Shown in pieces: positions 1 through 7,898 of a DNA stretch of 32,000 bases (the stretch's first letter is position 1; every line of letters begins with the position of its first letter). The stretch is from an archaeon. GTDB taxonomy: Archaea; Iainarchaeota; Iainarchaeia; Iainarchaeales; CSSED10-239. The translations under genes were made by a program, and so were the position numbers. The notes under the pieces were generated by a model, which saw only the letters and a program-made list of their open reading frames with translations, did not search any database and was not told the DNA's origin. The stretch spans positions 1-32,000 of the forward strand of contig JBAYPN010000001.1 in NCBI GenBank assembly GCA_041677685.1, written 5' to 3'.

Positions 1-7
1 GTTTGAT

Positions 8-886
8 ATGTTATTTTTGGATTTAAAATCTTATAAGTTAGATTATAATAGTCTAGCTTTAAAGTATAAAAGGACTTTTTTAAAGTTAGGTGTAGATGTA
101 CATAGCTCTTCAATTTACTTTTTATCTTTAAAATCAAAATCAATTAAAATAAATTTAAGTGAAGTTAGAAACAACTCAGTTATCATCTTTTCAAATTGTA
201 AAGATCTAGATATTTTAGAAACTAGTGATTTTAATAATTTCAAAAACAGAAATATAATTTTTTATTTTTATAATTCTTTTAATGTAACATATGTTAAAGA
301 TTTTTCCTCAGAGGATCTAGTTTTAAGAAATAAAGTAATTGTTGAAAGATCAAATATTAATTTTACAAATTTGTTTTTTGATTCTAAGAAGTTGTCTTAC
401 TTTCAGGAGAACTTAATATTAAGTAATTCTCAATTTTCTGAGAATGATGTTTTGTTATTATCAAAAGAGCAAACAAACAAAATTGAAATTAGAAATTTAC
501 ATTTGTCTAAAAAAGTAGTTTCAAGTACGACCATTAAGAATGTGTTAAAGGACAAGTCCTTTGTAAAATATGCTGGGTTAATAAATATTTTAAAAAAAGC
601 AGACTTTTCAAAAGCCTACCTTGAAACAAACACCATGCTTTTGTCAAAGACTGCAAGATCAATAAATATCCCTATGCTTGAAATTGTTCCAAAGAATGTT
701 GTTGCAACTCATGCTGCTACTGTTGAAGAGGTAACTTTAGATGAATTGTTTTATCTTGGGACAAGGGGATTTTCCAAGAGTAAAGCAAAGAAATTTGTTG
801 TGTTTTCCTTTCTAAAAGCAAACATTTCTGAATATTTACAGATATTAAAAGAGTATATTTCTAAAAGAATAGAGGGTAAGTTATGA
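8..886 (+). CDS. SufB/SufD-family Fe-S cluster assembly protein (SufD-like)
   Basis: The C-terminal stretch VATHAATVEEVTLDELFYLGTRGFSKSKAKKFVVFSF matches the conserved SufB/SufD C-terminal signature (H...V..L.eeqLFYL.sRG....A..l.v.gF). An ATGA stop/start overlap joins it to the downstream SufU-like gene. The frame stays open to the window edge, so the true start may lie upstream. Confidence 0.6.
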   Translation: MLFLDLKSYKLDYNSLALKYKRTFLKLGVDVHSSSIYFLSLKSKSIKINLSEVRNNSVIIFSNCKDLDILETSDFNNFKNRNIIFYFYNSFNVTYVKDFSSEDLVLRNKVIVERSNINFTNLFFDSKKLSYFQENLILSNSQFSENDVLLLSKEQTNKIEIRNLHLSKKVVSSTTIKNVLKDKSFVKYAGLINILKKADFSKAYLETNTMLLSKTARSINIPMLEIVPKNVVATHAATVEEVTLDELFYLGTRGFSKSKAKKFVVFSFLKANISEYLQILKEYISKRIEGKL

Positions 887-1299
887 GTGATGACTATATA
901 CCTTCTCAAATAATTTTAGATTATTATGCTAATCCTGTTAATTATGGACCTTTAGTTTCATTTGATGTTAAGGTTGTTGGGAAAAATAAAAATTGTTCAG
1001 ATGTTGTTTCAATATATTTGAAGTTATCAAAAGATTTAGTTATTAAGAAAATAAGTTTTAAACATTCAGGTTGTGTGATATCAAAAGCAGGAATGTGTGT
1101 GTTAACTGAACTTGTAAAAAACAAATCTTTAAAAGAGATATCTTCATTTGATGAAAAAATAATTGTTAAAAATCTTGGTGGGGTTTTACAAACAAGAACT
1201 AGGTGTGCTTTTTTGGGGTTGAATCTTTTGAAAGTAATTACAAAAGATGTTCTTAAGAAAAAAATTATTTTTCCAAAGACTTATGTTCTTGAAGTTTAA
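883..1299 (+). CDS. SufU/IscU (NifU N-terminal)-type Fe-S scaffold protein
   Basis: YYANPVNYGPL, then three Cys in the expected scaffold spacing (NCSDVVSIYL, HSGCVISKAGMCVLTE, RTRCAFLGLNLL). Translationally coupled to the SufD-like gene. Confidence 0.65.
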   Translation: MSDDYIPSQIILDYYANPVNYGPLVSFDVKVVGKNKNCSDVVSIYLKLSKDLVIKKISFKHSGCVISKAGMCVLTELVKNKSLKEISSFDEKIIVKNLGGVLQTRTRCAFLGLNLLKVITKDVLKKKIIFPKTYVLEV

Positions 1300-1308
1300 A
1301 TCTAAATT

Positions 1309-2157
1309 CTAAATTAATCTCTCTTTCATTTTCTTAACATAGTCATATGGAATATTATATTTTCCAAGAATATTATCTGGATGAATCTTTTCTCCATGAA
1401 AGTCAGAACCCCCACTTAACAACAGATCATACTTGTTTGCAATAATCTTAATTGTCTCCATAAAATCAGAATTTTCAAAGGTTTTTAGTTCTTCTGGAAT
1501 ATAACCAATTACTTCTACTCCATCTAAACCATACTTCTTTAACTTAATTATAAAAGTCTCAATCTCATATTTAAAATCTGGTTTTAAATACCAAGGATGT
1601 GGTAAAATACAAAGCCCATTTGCATCTTTAATTGTTCCAATTATTTTTTTAAGTCTTAGTGGACTTTCCTCTAACTTTACTGGGATCTTTCTTAAATATT
1701 TGTCAAAGGCTTCCTGTATGCTTTTAACATAACCTTTCTCAATCATAACCTCTGCAACATATGTTGTTAACAAATAATCTGCAGGTTTACTTTTTTCAAA
1801 AACCTCATCAATAGAAATATCTATATTTAGATCATTTAAGCCTTCTATCTTTTTAAGAACATACTTTGTTCTTTGCTTTTTTTGGTTTTCAAGTAAACTT
1901 TGTAAAGAATTATTGTCTTCATCAAAAAAGTAACCAAGAATCTCAGAACCTAAACCCTGAATCTCCACACCATTAATTAATTCAATTTTATTTTCTTTGG
2001 CAGCTTTACTACCTTCTCTAAGACCATCTGTGGTATCATGGTCAGTTATAGAGATAGCTTGTAGCTTTCTCTTCTTTGCAAGCTCAACTAAGCTCTTTGG
2101 AGAGAGAACACCATCAGAATAGTGAGTGTGCAAGTGTAAATCTGTGTTGTATATCAT
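1309..2157 (-). CDS. PHP-domain metal-dependent phosphoesterase
   Basis: N-terminal DLHLHTHYSDG plus ISITDHDT and a C-terminal GGSDFHG; these are the classic PHP (polymerase/histidinol phosphatase) His/Asp motifs. Confidence 0.75.
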   Translation of the reverse strand: MIYNTDLHLHTHYSDGVLSPKSLVELAKKRKLQAISITDHDTTDGLREGSKAAKENKIELINGVEIQGLGSEILGYFFDEDNNSLQSLLENQKKQRTKYVLKKIEGLNDLNIDISIDEVFEKSKPADYLLTTYVAEVMIEKGYVKSIQEAFDKYLRKIPVKLEESPLRLKKIIGTIKDANGLCILPHPWYLKPDFKYEIETFIIKLKKYGLDGVEVIGYIPEELKTFENSDFMETIKIIANKYDLLLSGGSDFHGEKIHPDNILGKYNIPYDYVKKMKERLI

Positions 2158-2213
2158 AAGTTAAAATTCCTTCTTCTTAAAATAAAAAATAATAATTAAA
2201 AAATTTAAAAAAG

Positions 2214-2423
2214 TTACTGCATAGTCTTTGTTGCCAACTGAATATCTTCGCCAGTAACTGTTTTTCTTTTTGCATGCTTTGCAAGCTCTATTGCCTGCTT
2301 AGAGATATCTACTGCAACATCTTCTAAAATTTTACTTAAAGCAACTGCTGCATCTTCAGAAACTCTCTCAGCCCCTGCCTTTCTAATTAATCTATCTATT
2401 GCTGCGATTGGTAAATCTGCCAT
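2214..2423 (-). CDS. archaeal histone (HMf-type histone fold)
   Basis: The 69-aa protein MADLPIAAIDRLIRKAGAERVSEDAAVAL...AKHAKRKTVTGEDIQLA matches the archaeal histone consensus along its full length. A GAGGGGA SD lies 4 nt upstream of the ATG. Confidence 0.9.
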   Translation of the reverse strand: MADLPIAAIDRLIRKAGAERVSEDAAVALSKILEDVAVDISKQAIELAKHAKRKTVTGEDIQLATKTMQ

Positions 2424-2573
2424 AAAATCCCCTCTTTTCTAAAAATAAAGTTGTATATTATCTTTTAAGGTAAAAATATTTATAAATTGTTCTCTTTTTC
2501 AACTATCAAGCAATTTTATACAATTATGCTTTTCCCTAACAGAATGTTAACATATATATACTTTTTGCAATTT

Positions 2574-2655
2574 AATTATAATTGTAGATTTGATTATAAT
2601 TGTAGATTTGATTATAATTGTAGATTTGATTATAATTGTAGATTTGATTATAATT
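2574..2655. repeat. 18-bp tandem repeat, about 4.6 copies (gattataattgtagattt)
   Basis: Read directly. Units at 2574, 2592, 2610 and 2628, plus a partial unit at 2646. Copies 2-4 are identical and copy 1 has one mismatch. The array lies in the 285-bp divergent spacer between the histone gene and the 2709 CDS. Confidence 0.95.
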
Positions 2656-2708
2656 TTAAATTCAATAATTTTTTCAAATTTAATCACAATTGCAAAGGTT
2701 ATTTAGTC

Positions 2709-3581
2709 ATGGCATTATCTGATTCAATATTATTACAAGTTAGTCAAAAGAAAACATCTTACAATGACCTATTAACAAAAATGTTATCCAATTACTCTAG
2801 CAGTGGCTCTGCAAAAGCAGCTTTATCAAGAGCTCTAAAAAACCTAATTGCCTTTGGAGACTTACAAAAGGATTCTGATTTTTATGTGTTAACAGAAAAA
2901 GGAAAGATAACAGTTGAATCTAAATTAAAAAATAAAATTCTAATAAACATTAATGATCTTTTAGACAAATCAAAAAAAAGAAATTCTCTTGAATTTGTAG
3001 ACGACATTATTTCAAATTTACAAATCTTTTTAGAAAGAGGAAAACAAGACCCTTCTCTTTTAAAGATTGGAAAAACAAGCTCTACATTCTATATCTATGA
3101 CCTAGTTAATTTAAAAAAAGAAATGGATGCAAGTGTTAATCATTATCTACATCTCTCAAATGTTCTAACAAATCAAATTAATATTTTACAGGAGAAAAAC
3201 TTTGAAGACATGTTAATTATTAATCTAGACCCTAATACTTTTGAAATTATTAAATTCCTTTATGAGAAGTATAATGTTGAGGAGATCATACTAGAGTGTA
3301 GTAAAGAATATCCAGAAACAATCAAGTTATTTGAGGAAACTGAAGGGATCTCTAAAAAAGGTGATCTAAGTTTTAAGATTAATATCAAAGAAGTAGACTT
3401 GTTAGCTAAAAAGCTATTAGATAATTTTGAAATAACAATTCTTGTTAAATTTAAGATATACATTAATGAAATTCTAATTAGCTTTAGTTTTGGGAAAGTA
3501 TATTTGTTTGGACCTTTTAATCTAATTAATGAGATCAGAGAGAAAAGAGAAGAATATTTACAAAAAAGTGAAAAACTATGA
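2709..3581 (+). CDS. hypothetical protein, possible N-terminal winged-helix domain
   Basis: The ORF is long and uninterrupted. I moved the start to ATG 2709 (MALSDSILLQV...) because the upstream 74 codons only translate the 18-bp tandem repeat (FDYNCR x4). The N-terminal 70 aa (..YNDLLTKM...AALSRALKNLIAFGDLQKDSDFYVLTEKGK) look like a wHTH. The stop overlaps the next start (ATGA). Confidence 0.55.
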   Translation: MALSDSILLQVSQKKTSYNDLLTKMLSNYSSSGSAKAALSRALKNLIAFGDLQKDSDFYVLTEKGKITVESKLKNKILININDLLDKSKKRNSLEFVDDIISNLQIFLERGKQDPSLLKIGKTSSTFYIYDLVNLKKEMDASVNHYLHLSNVLTNQINILQEKNFEDMLIINLDPNTFEIIKFLYEKYNVEEIILECSKEYPETIKLFEETEGISKKGDLSFKINIKEVDLLAKKLLDNFEITILVKFKIYINEILISFSFGKVYLFGPFNLINEIREKREEYLQKSEKL

Positions 3582-4240
3582 AAATAAAATATATAGGACA
3601 TTCTTGTTTTTTGATTGAAGAAGATGGAGTTAAGATATTAACAGATCCATTTATTACAAATAACCCTAAAGTAAAAGCAAAAGATTTAGATTTTAGACCA
3701 GACATCATCTTGCTTACTCATGACCATGGTGACCATTTAGGAGACACTGTTGATATTTCTAAAAACTGCGGAGCAATTGTTATAACTGTTTTTGATCTTG
3801 CCCAAGACCTTGAAAAATATAGAGTTTCTACTTTAGGTGGAAATCTTGGAGGAACTATTGAGTATAAAGGAGTTAAGTTTACTTTTGTTAATGCTCTTCA
3901 TTCTTGTAAGATTGGAACTCCTGTTGGTTTTGTTATAAAATTTAAAACTAAGACCTTATATTTTGCAGGAGACACTAATGTCTTTATGGACATGAAGATA
4001 ATTAAAGATCTATATAAACCAGAAATTGTTTTTTTACCAATTGATGGTTATTTTAATATGGGGGAAAGAGAAGCCTGTTATGCTATAAAGTTACTAGAGC
4101 CTGAAACTGTTATCCCCATGCACTATGGGACTTTTCCTATCCTTACAGGAACTCCAGAAAAATTAAGAAAAGAGATGGTTAATAATAATTTAGAGGTAGA
4201 CTTAGTGGTCTTTGAACTAGATGAAGAAAAAGAACTTTAA
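3578..4240 (+). CDS. UPF0173-type metal-dependent hydrolase (metallo-beta-lactamase fold)
   Basis: MKIKYIGHSCFLIE..., LTHDHGDHLGD (HxHxDH motif), and downstream His/Asp ligands (NALHS, GDTNVF, PMHYGTF). Confidence 0.8.
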   Translation: MKIKYIGHSCFLIEEDGVKILTDPFITNNPKVKAKDLDFRPDIILLTHDHGDHLGDTVDISKNCGAIVITVFDLAQDLEKYRVSTLGGNLGGTIEYKGVKFTFVNALHSCKIGTPVGFVIKFKTKTLYFAGDTNVFMDMKIIKDLYKPEIVFLPIDGYFNMGEREACYAIKLLEPETVIPMHYGTFPILTGTPEKLRKEMVNNNLEVDLVVFELDEEKEL

Positions 4241-4254
4241 TTTTTTCTTTTTTT
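4241..4254. terminator. oligo-T tract (T6CT7) immediately after the stop codon
   Basis: ttttttcttttttt follows the TAA directly. Archaeal RNA polymerase terminates at oligo-dT runs. On the other strand the tract lies downstream of the tRNA. Confidence 0.4.
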
Positions 4255-4274
4255 AAAAAGTAAAAGCGGATGTA

Positions 4275-4346
4275 AGGGTCTAGCGGGAATCGAACCCGCG
4301 TATATTGGTCCGAAGCCAATCGCACTATCCACTATGCTATAGACCC
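4275..4346 (-). tRNA. tRNA-Arg (anticodon UCG)
   Basis: The reverse complement GGGTCTATAGCATAGTGGATAGTGCGATTGGCTTCGGACCAATATACGCGGGTTCGATTCCCGCTAGACCCT folds by hand into a cloverleaf: a fully paired 7-bp acceptor stem (GGGTCTA/TAGACCC), D stem GCAT/GTGC, anticodon stem ATTGG/CCAAT with loop CTTCGGA, and T stem GCGGG/CCCGC with loop TTCGATT. There is no intron and no encoded CCA. It is the only GC-rich island in the window. Confidence 0.88.
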
Positions 4347-4465
4347 AATACATTTTTAAAAAAGATTGGTTGTTAATATATAATATATGTGAATAGTTAT
4401 TTACTTAAAATAAACTATTTTTAAAATAAAAAATTATAATTTTAAACAAAAGAGGTGTTTTTATA

Positions 4466-4621
4466 ATGGAACAATGTACAAGTTGTAATATTGAGGTTAC
4501 ACAGGATTATACAACATTTAAGTGTCCAAAATGCGGTAAAGCAAAGATAATTAGATGTAATAGATGTAAGTCAACATCAAAACCATATAAGTGTCCAGAA
4601 TGTAATTTTATTGGACCTTAA
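4466..4621 (+). CDS. small Zn-ribbon protein (COG2888-like partner of aEF-1beta)
   Basis: Not in the supplied ORF track. The 51-aa protein MEQCTSCNIEVTQDYTTFKCPKCGKAKIIRCNRCKSTSKPYKCPECNFIGP has four CxxC pairs. A GAGGTG SD lies 8 nt upstream. It sits directly upstream of aEF-1beta, a pairing conserved in archaea. Confidence 0.7.
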   Translation: MEQCTSCNIEVTQDYTTFKCPKCGKAKIIRCNRCKSTSKPYKCPECNFIGP

Positions 4622-4649
4622 GTAAAAAAATTAAATTTAGGTGATAATT

Positions 4650-4916
4650 GTGGGTGATATTCTTTCAGTTTACAAAATCTATCCAGAAGAGATAGAAGAT
4701 ATTGATAAGATTAAAAAAAAATTAGAGCAAGGTCTAGGTGAACCTTTTAAGATTGCAGAAATAAAAGAGGAACCAATTGCTTTTGGTTTAAAGCTTTTAA
4801 GGGTTGCAATCATTTTTCCTGACAAGGTAGATGGTCTTTTAGATAGGCTAGAAGAGTTATTAAAAAATATACCTGGTGTTAATGAATTAGAGATCGAAGC
4901 ATCAACATTAATGTAA
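4650..4916 (+). CDS. ef1b: translation elongation factor aEF-1beta
   Basis: (M)GDILSVYKIYPEE...EEPIAFGLKLLRVAIIFPD...LEELLKNIPGVNELEIE matches aEF-1beta across its length. I prefer GTG 4650, which follows AGGTGAT by 4 nt. The alternative start is GTG 4641. Confidence 0.85.
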   Translation: MGDILSVYKIYPEEIEDIDKIKKKLEQGLGEPFKIAEIKEEPIAFGLKLLRVAIIFPDKVDGLLDRLEELLKNIPGVNELEIEASTLM

Positions 4917-4952
4917 TTTCTTTTCTTTTGGAAAAGATTTTATTTTTGTTTT
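4917..4952 (+). terminator. T-rich tracts downstream of aEF-1beta
   Basis: tttcttttcttttg, then tttatttttgttttt, begin right after the TAA. Confidence 0.35.
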
Positions 4953-5165
4953 TAAGAATTTAATTTCTTTTTTAGGGAAGTTTTAAATTATTTTTAATTT
5001 AATTTCTTTTAAATTAATCTCTTTTTTTCCTCTTTCTTTTATCATATATTTGTTTGTTAAAAAAGTTATTTTTTTAAAATTTTAGATGTTGGCTTTGTAG
5101 GACAATTTAAAAATATTTTGGTTAAAACTCTATGTGTTAAATAAGATGCTTATAGAGAAGTTATT

Positions 5166-6392
5166 ATGCTTGCAACAAATAGAAATGTAGTTAATAGAAG
5201 CAGAAGTGGTGGCAAGAGACCAAAGATTGGATCTTCTAAAACTGCTGAGGAAAAAAAAGTTTTACAAGAAAAAGCAAAAGATTTTTTTACAAAAAATAAA
5301 TCTCTAAATTCTAGAAATGTAATTAAAGAGAAAGTAAAGACCTATAATGAAGCAAAAATCTTAGATTTACTTTTACAAGCAAAGAAAAGTAAAGATCCAA
5401 AAAGATACTTATTATCTAAAGGAGTAGACATCAGACAATTAAAAGCAAAAGGAATTATATTTGGAGAAATTGTTAATGTCTTTGGAATTAAAAAAGCAAT
5501 TATTTTTACTGGCGGTTTTAAAGAAATGTCCAAGTCCTTTAACTTTAAAGAAGTTGTAGATGCTTTTGGTGGTCTTAAAAAAACTATAAAGATTTTTGGA
5601 GCTAAAGAGATTTCTAAGGCTTATAAACTTGAAGATCTTTCTAAATTCTATTGGACTGAAGGTGTTGTTAAGGCTTTTGGACTTAAAGAAACAATTAATG
5701 CTTTTGGGGCTAAAGAAACTGTAAAAGCCTTTAATGGTTTTAAAAAACTTATTTCTACTTTTGGTTTTAAGGAAACAATTAAAGCCTTTGGTGGACCAAA
5801 GGGAATTGTAAAAGCTTTTGGGCTTATAAGAACAGCTAAGATTTTAAAAATAGATGCGATTGTAAAGTCCTTTGGTGGACTTGAAAAAACAATTAAAATT
5901 TTTGGTCCAAAAGAAGTTGTAAATGCTTTTGGGGGTTTTAGAGACATATTAATTTATTTTGAGATTGACAAGACCATTAAAGCTTTTGGTGGGCTTAAAA
6001 AGATTTCTAAGACTTTTGGAATTGAAGAAACTTTTAGAGTTTTTGGACTTAAAAATTTTTCAAAAATCTATACAGTTGAAGAGCTTGTAAATGCTTTTGG
6101 AGGTCCAAAAGAGTTATCATATAATTATATTACTTTAGGAGATCTTCATTCTTATTATGATCTTAAAGACATTACAAAGGTTTTTGGATTTGAGTATACT
6201 GCAAGGAATTTATCATATCGTGGAAATACAAGTAAATTAGATGTTCTCAAAGAAATTATTAGACTTCATGGACCTAAAGAAACAATTAAGACTTTTGGTT
6301 ATCCAAAAATTTCTAACACTTTTGGAATTGAAGGATTAAAGGCATTAGGTTTGTCTTCAAATCAAATTAATAATATTTTAAATAGAATTTAA
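5166..6392 (+). CDS. lysine-rich tandem-repeat protein (about 20 x 10-11-aa 'KAFGxKEtI' units), unknown function
   Basis: 408-aa ORF containing 19 FG dipeptides at a 10-11-residue period (e.g. VKAFGLKETINAFGAKETVKAFNGFKKLISTFGFKETIKAFGGPKGIVKAFG). The N-terminal 95 aa are basic and non-repetitive, with no signal peptide or TM segment. The antisense ORFs here are repeat shadows. Confidence 0.75.
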   Translation: MLATNRNVVNRSRSGGKRPKIGSSKTAEEKKVLQEKAKDFFTKNKSLNSRNVIKEKVKTYNEAKILDLLLQAKKSKDPKRYLLSKGVDIRQLKAKGIIFGEIVNVFGIKKAIIFTGGFKEMSKSFNFKEVVDAFGGLKKTIKIFGAKEISKAYKLEDLSKFYWTEGVVKAFGLKETINAFGAKETVKAFNGFKKLISTFGFKETIKAFGGPKGIVKAFGLIRTAKILKIDAIVKSFGGLEKTIKIFGPKEVVNAFGGFRDILIYFEIDKTIKAFGGLKKISKTFGIEETFRVFGLKNFSKIYTVEELVNAFGGPKELSYNYITLGDLHSYYDLKDITKVFGFEYTARNLSYRGNTSKLDVLKEIIRLHGPKETIKTFGYPKISNTFGIEGLKALGLSSNQINNILNRI

Positions 6393-6577
6393 AAACAGAT
6401 TAAATTTAGATTTTTTTAAATTTTTATACACTAATTATTTTAAGAATTCTATATTTCTAATTTATACAATAATAAGTTTAGTTTATAAATGTTTTATAAT
6501 ATATTTAATATAATTATAGTGATATTGTTAAGTAAGGTAACAGGTTATTTAAAAAATAAATTTTAGGAAAAAAGATC

Positions 6578-7036
6578 ATGGTAAAATTTTCAAGAGCACA
6601 GGTTTCATTAGAAATTATTATTTTAATAATCTTTTTAATACTTTTTTTGTATATTTTTAATGATCTCTCACAAGACACCTCAAAATCTTTAGAGATTACA
6701 AAGATTAAAGCTCAACAAAAGGAAATAATATTATCCTTAAATGAATTTTTTAAACTACAAGAAGACTTGTTAGGACAATCTGCAGAAAAATATAATATTG
6801 TTAGCTTAGAATCAACATACAAGACTCCAAACATTTTCATTCCAAGTAAATCAATTGAGTGTAAGATTACTGTTACAGATAATAGTTTAGAAATTGTTAC
6901 AAACTATGATGGTGAAGAGATTATCTCTTTATTTGAAACTGAATATATTTTAGATAGATTTACTTTCCCAAGCACCATTTATTGTGGGCAAACAATAACT
7001 TGTGAGAAGGATAATTTTAAGATTAAGTGCACATAA
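6578..7036 (+). CDS. archaeal type IV pilin-like protein (class III signal peptide, DUF361-type QxSxE)
   Basis: The N-terminus MVKFSRA|QVSLEIIILIIFLILFLYIF has a short basic leader, [KR]-A, then Q-x-S-x-E and a hydrophobic helix. This is the archaeal prepilin motif. Four Cys lie in the mature part. Confidence 0.65.
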   Translation: MVKFSRAQVSLEIIILIIFLILFLYIFNDLSQDTSKSLEITKIKAQQKEIILSLNEFFKLQEDLLGQSAEKYNIVSLESTYKTPNIFIPSKSIECKITVTDNSLEIVTNYDGEEIISLFETEYILDRFTFPSTIYCGQTITCEKDNFKIKCT

Positions 7037-7098
7037 GGATATAGATGAATATAAAAATAGAAACCTAAAATAAAATAGAATTAAGAAGGTAAAAAAAT

Positions 7099-7605
7099 AT
7101 GATTAAAAATAAAAGAGCACAAGTGATGTTGTTAGATGTTTTGTTTGCAATTGTCTTAATTACACTTTTACTGTTCTTATTATTTAAGGTTTCAGAAACA
7201 AAAATATATTCAATTAATTCTTCTAAGGAAATAAATGAATTGGAAAGTGTTGGTGGTTTAGCTTTTAATAAATTAACAGACAACTCCTTTGTTAATTGCA
7301 AGGTCTTAGATTCACAAAATAATATTTTAATTAAAAATTCTTTTTATCCAGATTCAAAAATTTCAAAAGAAAACCTAGGGCTTGGTCCTGAATATAATTG
7401 TTATTTTGAAATTGTTGGTTTTCAATTAGCCAACAATTCTTGTAATAATTCTGATTATAGTTTATCAAACAACTATTATGCTATCTCCTTTCAAACAATT
7501 ACTTATGACTCTAATGAAGTCCCAAAATCAATTTACATAAATAATATTTTAGATGTTGATGATACTTTACAGAAAAGAAATGCAAAGCTGGTGGTTTGGA
7601 AATGA
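7099..7605 (+). CDS. archaeal type IV pilin-like protein
   Basis: MIKNKRA|QVMLLDVLFAIVLITLLLFLLF repeats the same KRA-Q leader and hydrophobic helix architecture. An AAGGT SD lies 8 nt upstream. Confidence 0.6.
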   Translation: MIKNKRAQVMLLDVLFAIVLITLLLFLLFKVSETKIYSINSSKEINELESVGGLAFNKLTDNSFVNCKVLDSQNNILIKNSFYPDSKISKENLGLGPEYNCYFEIVGFQLANNSCNNSDYSLSNNYYAISFQTITYDSNEVPKSIYINNILDVDDTLQKRNAKLVVWK

Positions 7606-7898
7606 GAAAAGGATATTTAATTTCAGTAACTACTCTTTACTTTGTTGCAATTATTATTTTGTTTTTAGGGCTAACTTTACTTTTAGTTAATGCATCTAAT
7701 TATAAGGATAGTCAAGACACAAAAAAAACAATTGAGTATTCTAAATTTGTAAGTGGTGAAGCTTCTGTTGATATTGAATCTACAAACAAATGGTGCCAAA
7801 GATATTATTATTATGAAGGTTCTAAAAACAAAGCTGGATATAATGGTTTAGAAATAAAAAAATATTGTGAGGATTATTATGGAAAAAGGTTTGTTTAG
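7602..7898 (+). CDS. small pilin-like protein (class III-like signal)
   Basis: I prefer ATG 7602, which overlaps the upstream stop as ATGA. MRKG|YLISVTTLYFVAIIILFLGLTLLLV. The ORF-track start at 7596 is a TTG. Confidence 0.5.
   Translation: MRKGYLISVTTLYFVAIIILFLGLTLLLVNASNYKDSQDTKKTIEYSKFVSGEASVDIESTNKWCQRYYYYEGSKNKAGYNGLEIKKYCEDYYGKRFV

Noticed and set aside
2487-2708. N-terminal 74 codons of the 364-aa ORF, including FDYNCR x4
   Set aside because: This stretch is only the translation of the 18-bp intergenic tandem repeat in an open frame. An in-frame ATG at 2709 with an AAGGT upstream begins a sensible protein, so the extension is an ORF-calling artefact.
4347-4465. Additional tRNAs, C/D-box sRNAs or other structured RNAs in the intergenic spacers (also 4917-5165, 18086-18288, 22400-22665)
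   Set aside because: Apart from the tRNA-Arg I found no GC-rich island, no T-loop (GTTCGAAT/GTTCGATT) consensus, and no paired RUGAUGA...CUGA boxes. The spacers are near-homopolymeric AT sequence.
5342-5947. Antisense ORFs (63 and 99 aa) with KAFT/PPKA repeats
   Set aside because: These are shadow frames of the FG-repeat gene. Their periodicity mirrors the sense-strand repeat, and they have no start context.
5166-6392. Nucleoporin-style FG-repeat or pentapeptide-repeat protein
   Set aside because: Nucleoporin FG repeats lie in disordered, polar, low-charge linkers. Here the FG sits in a regular, lysine-rich, amphipathic 10-11-aa unit. The A(D/N)LXX pentapeptide pattern does not fit either half of the unit.
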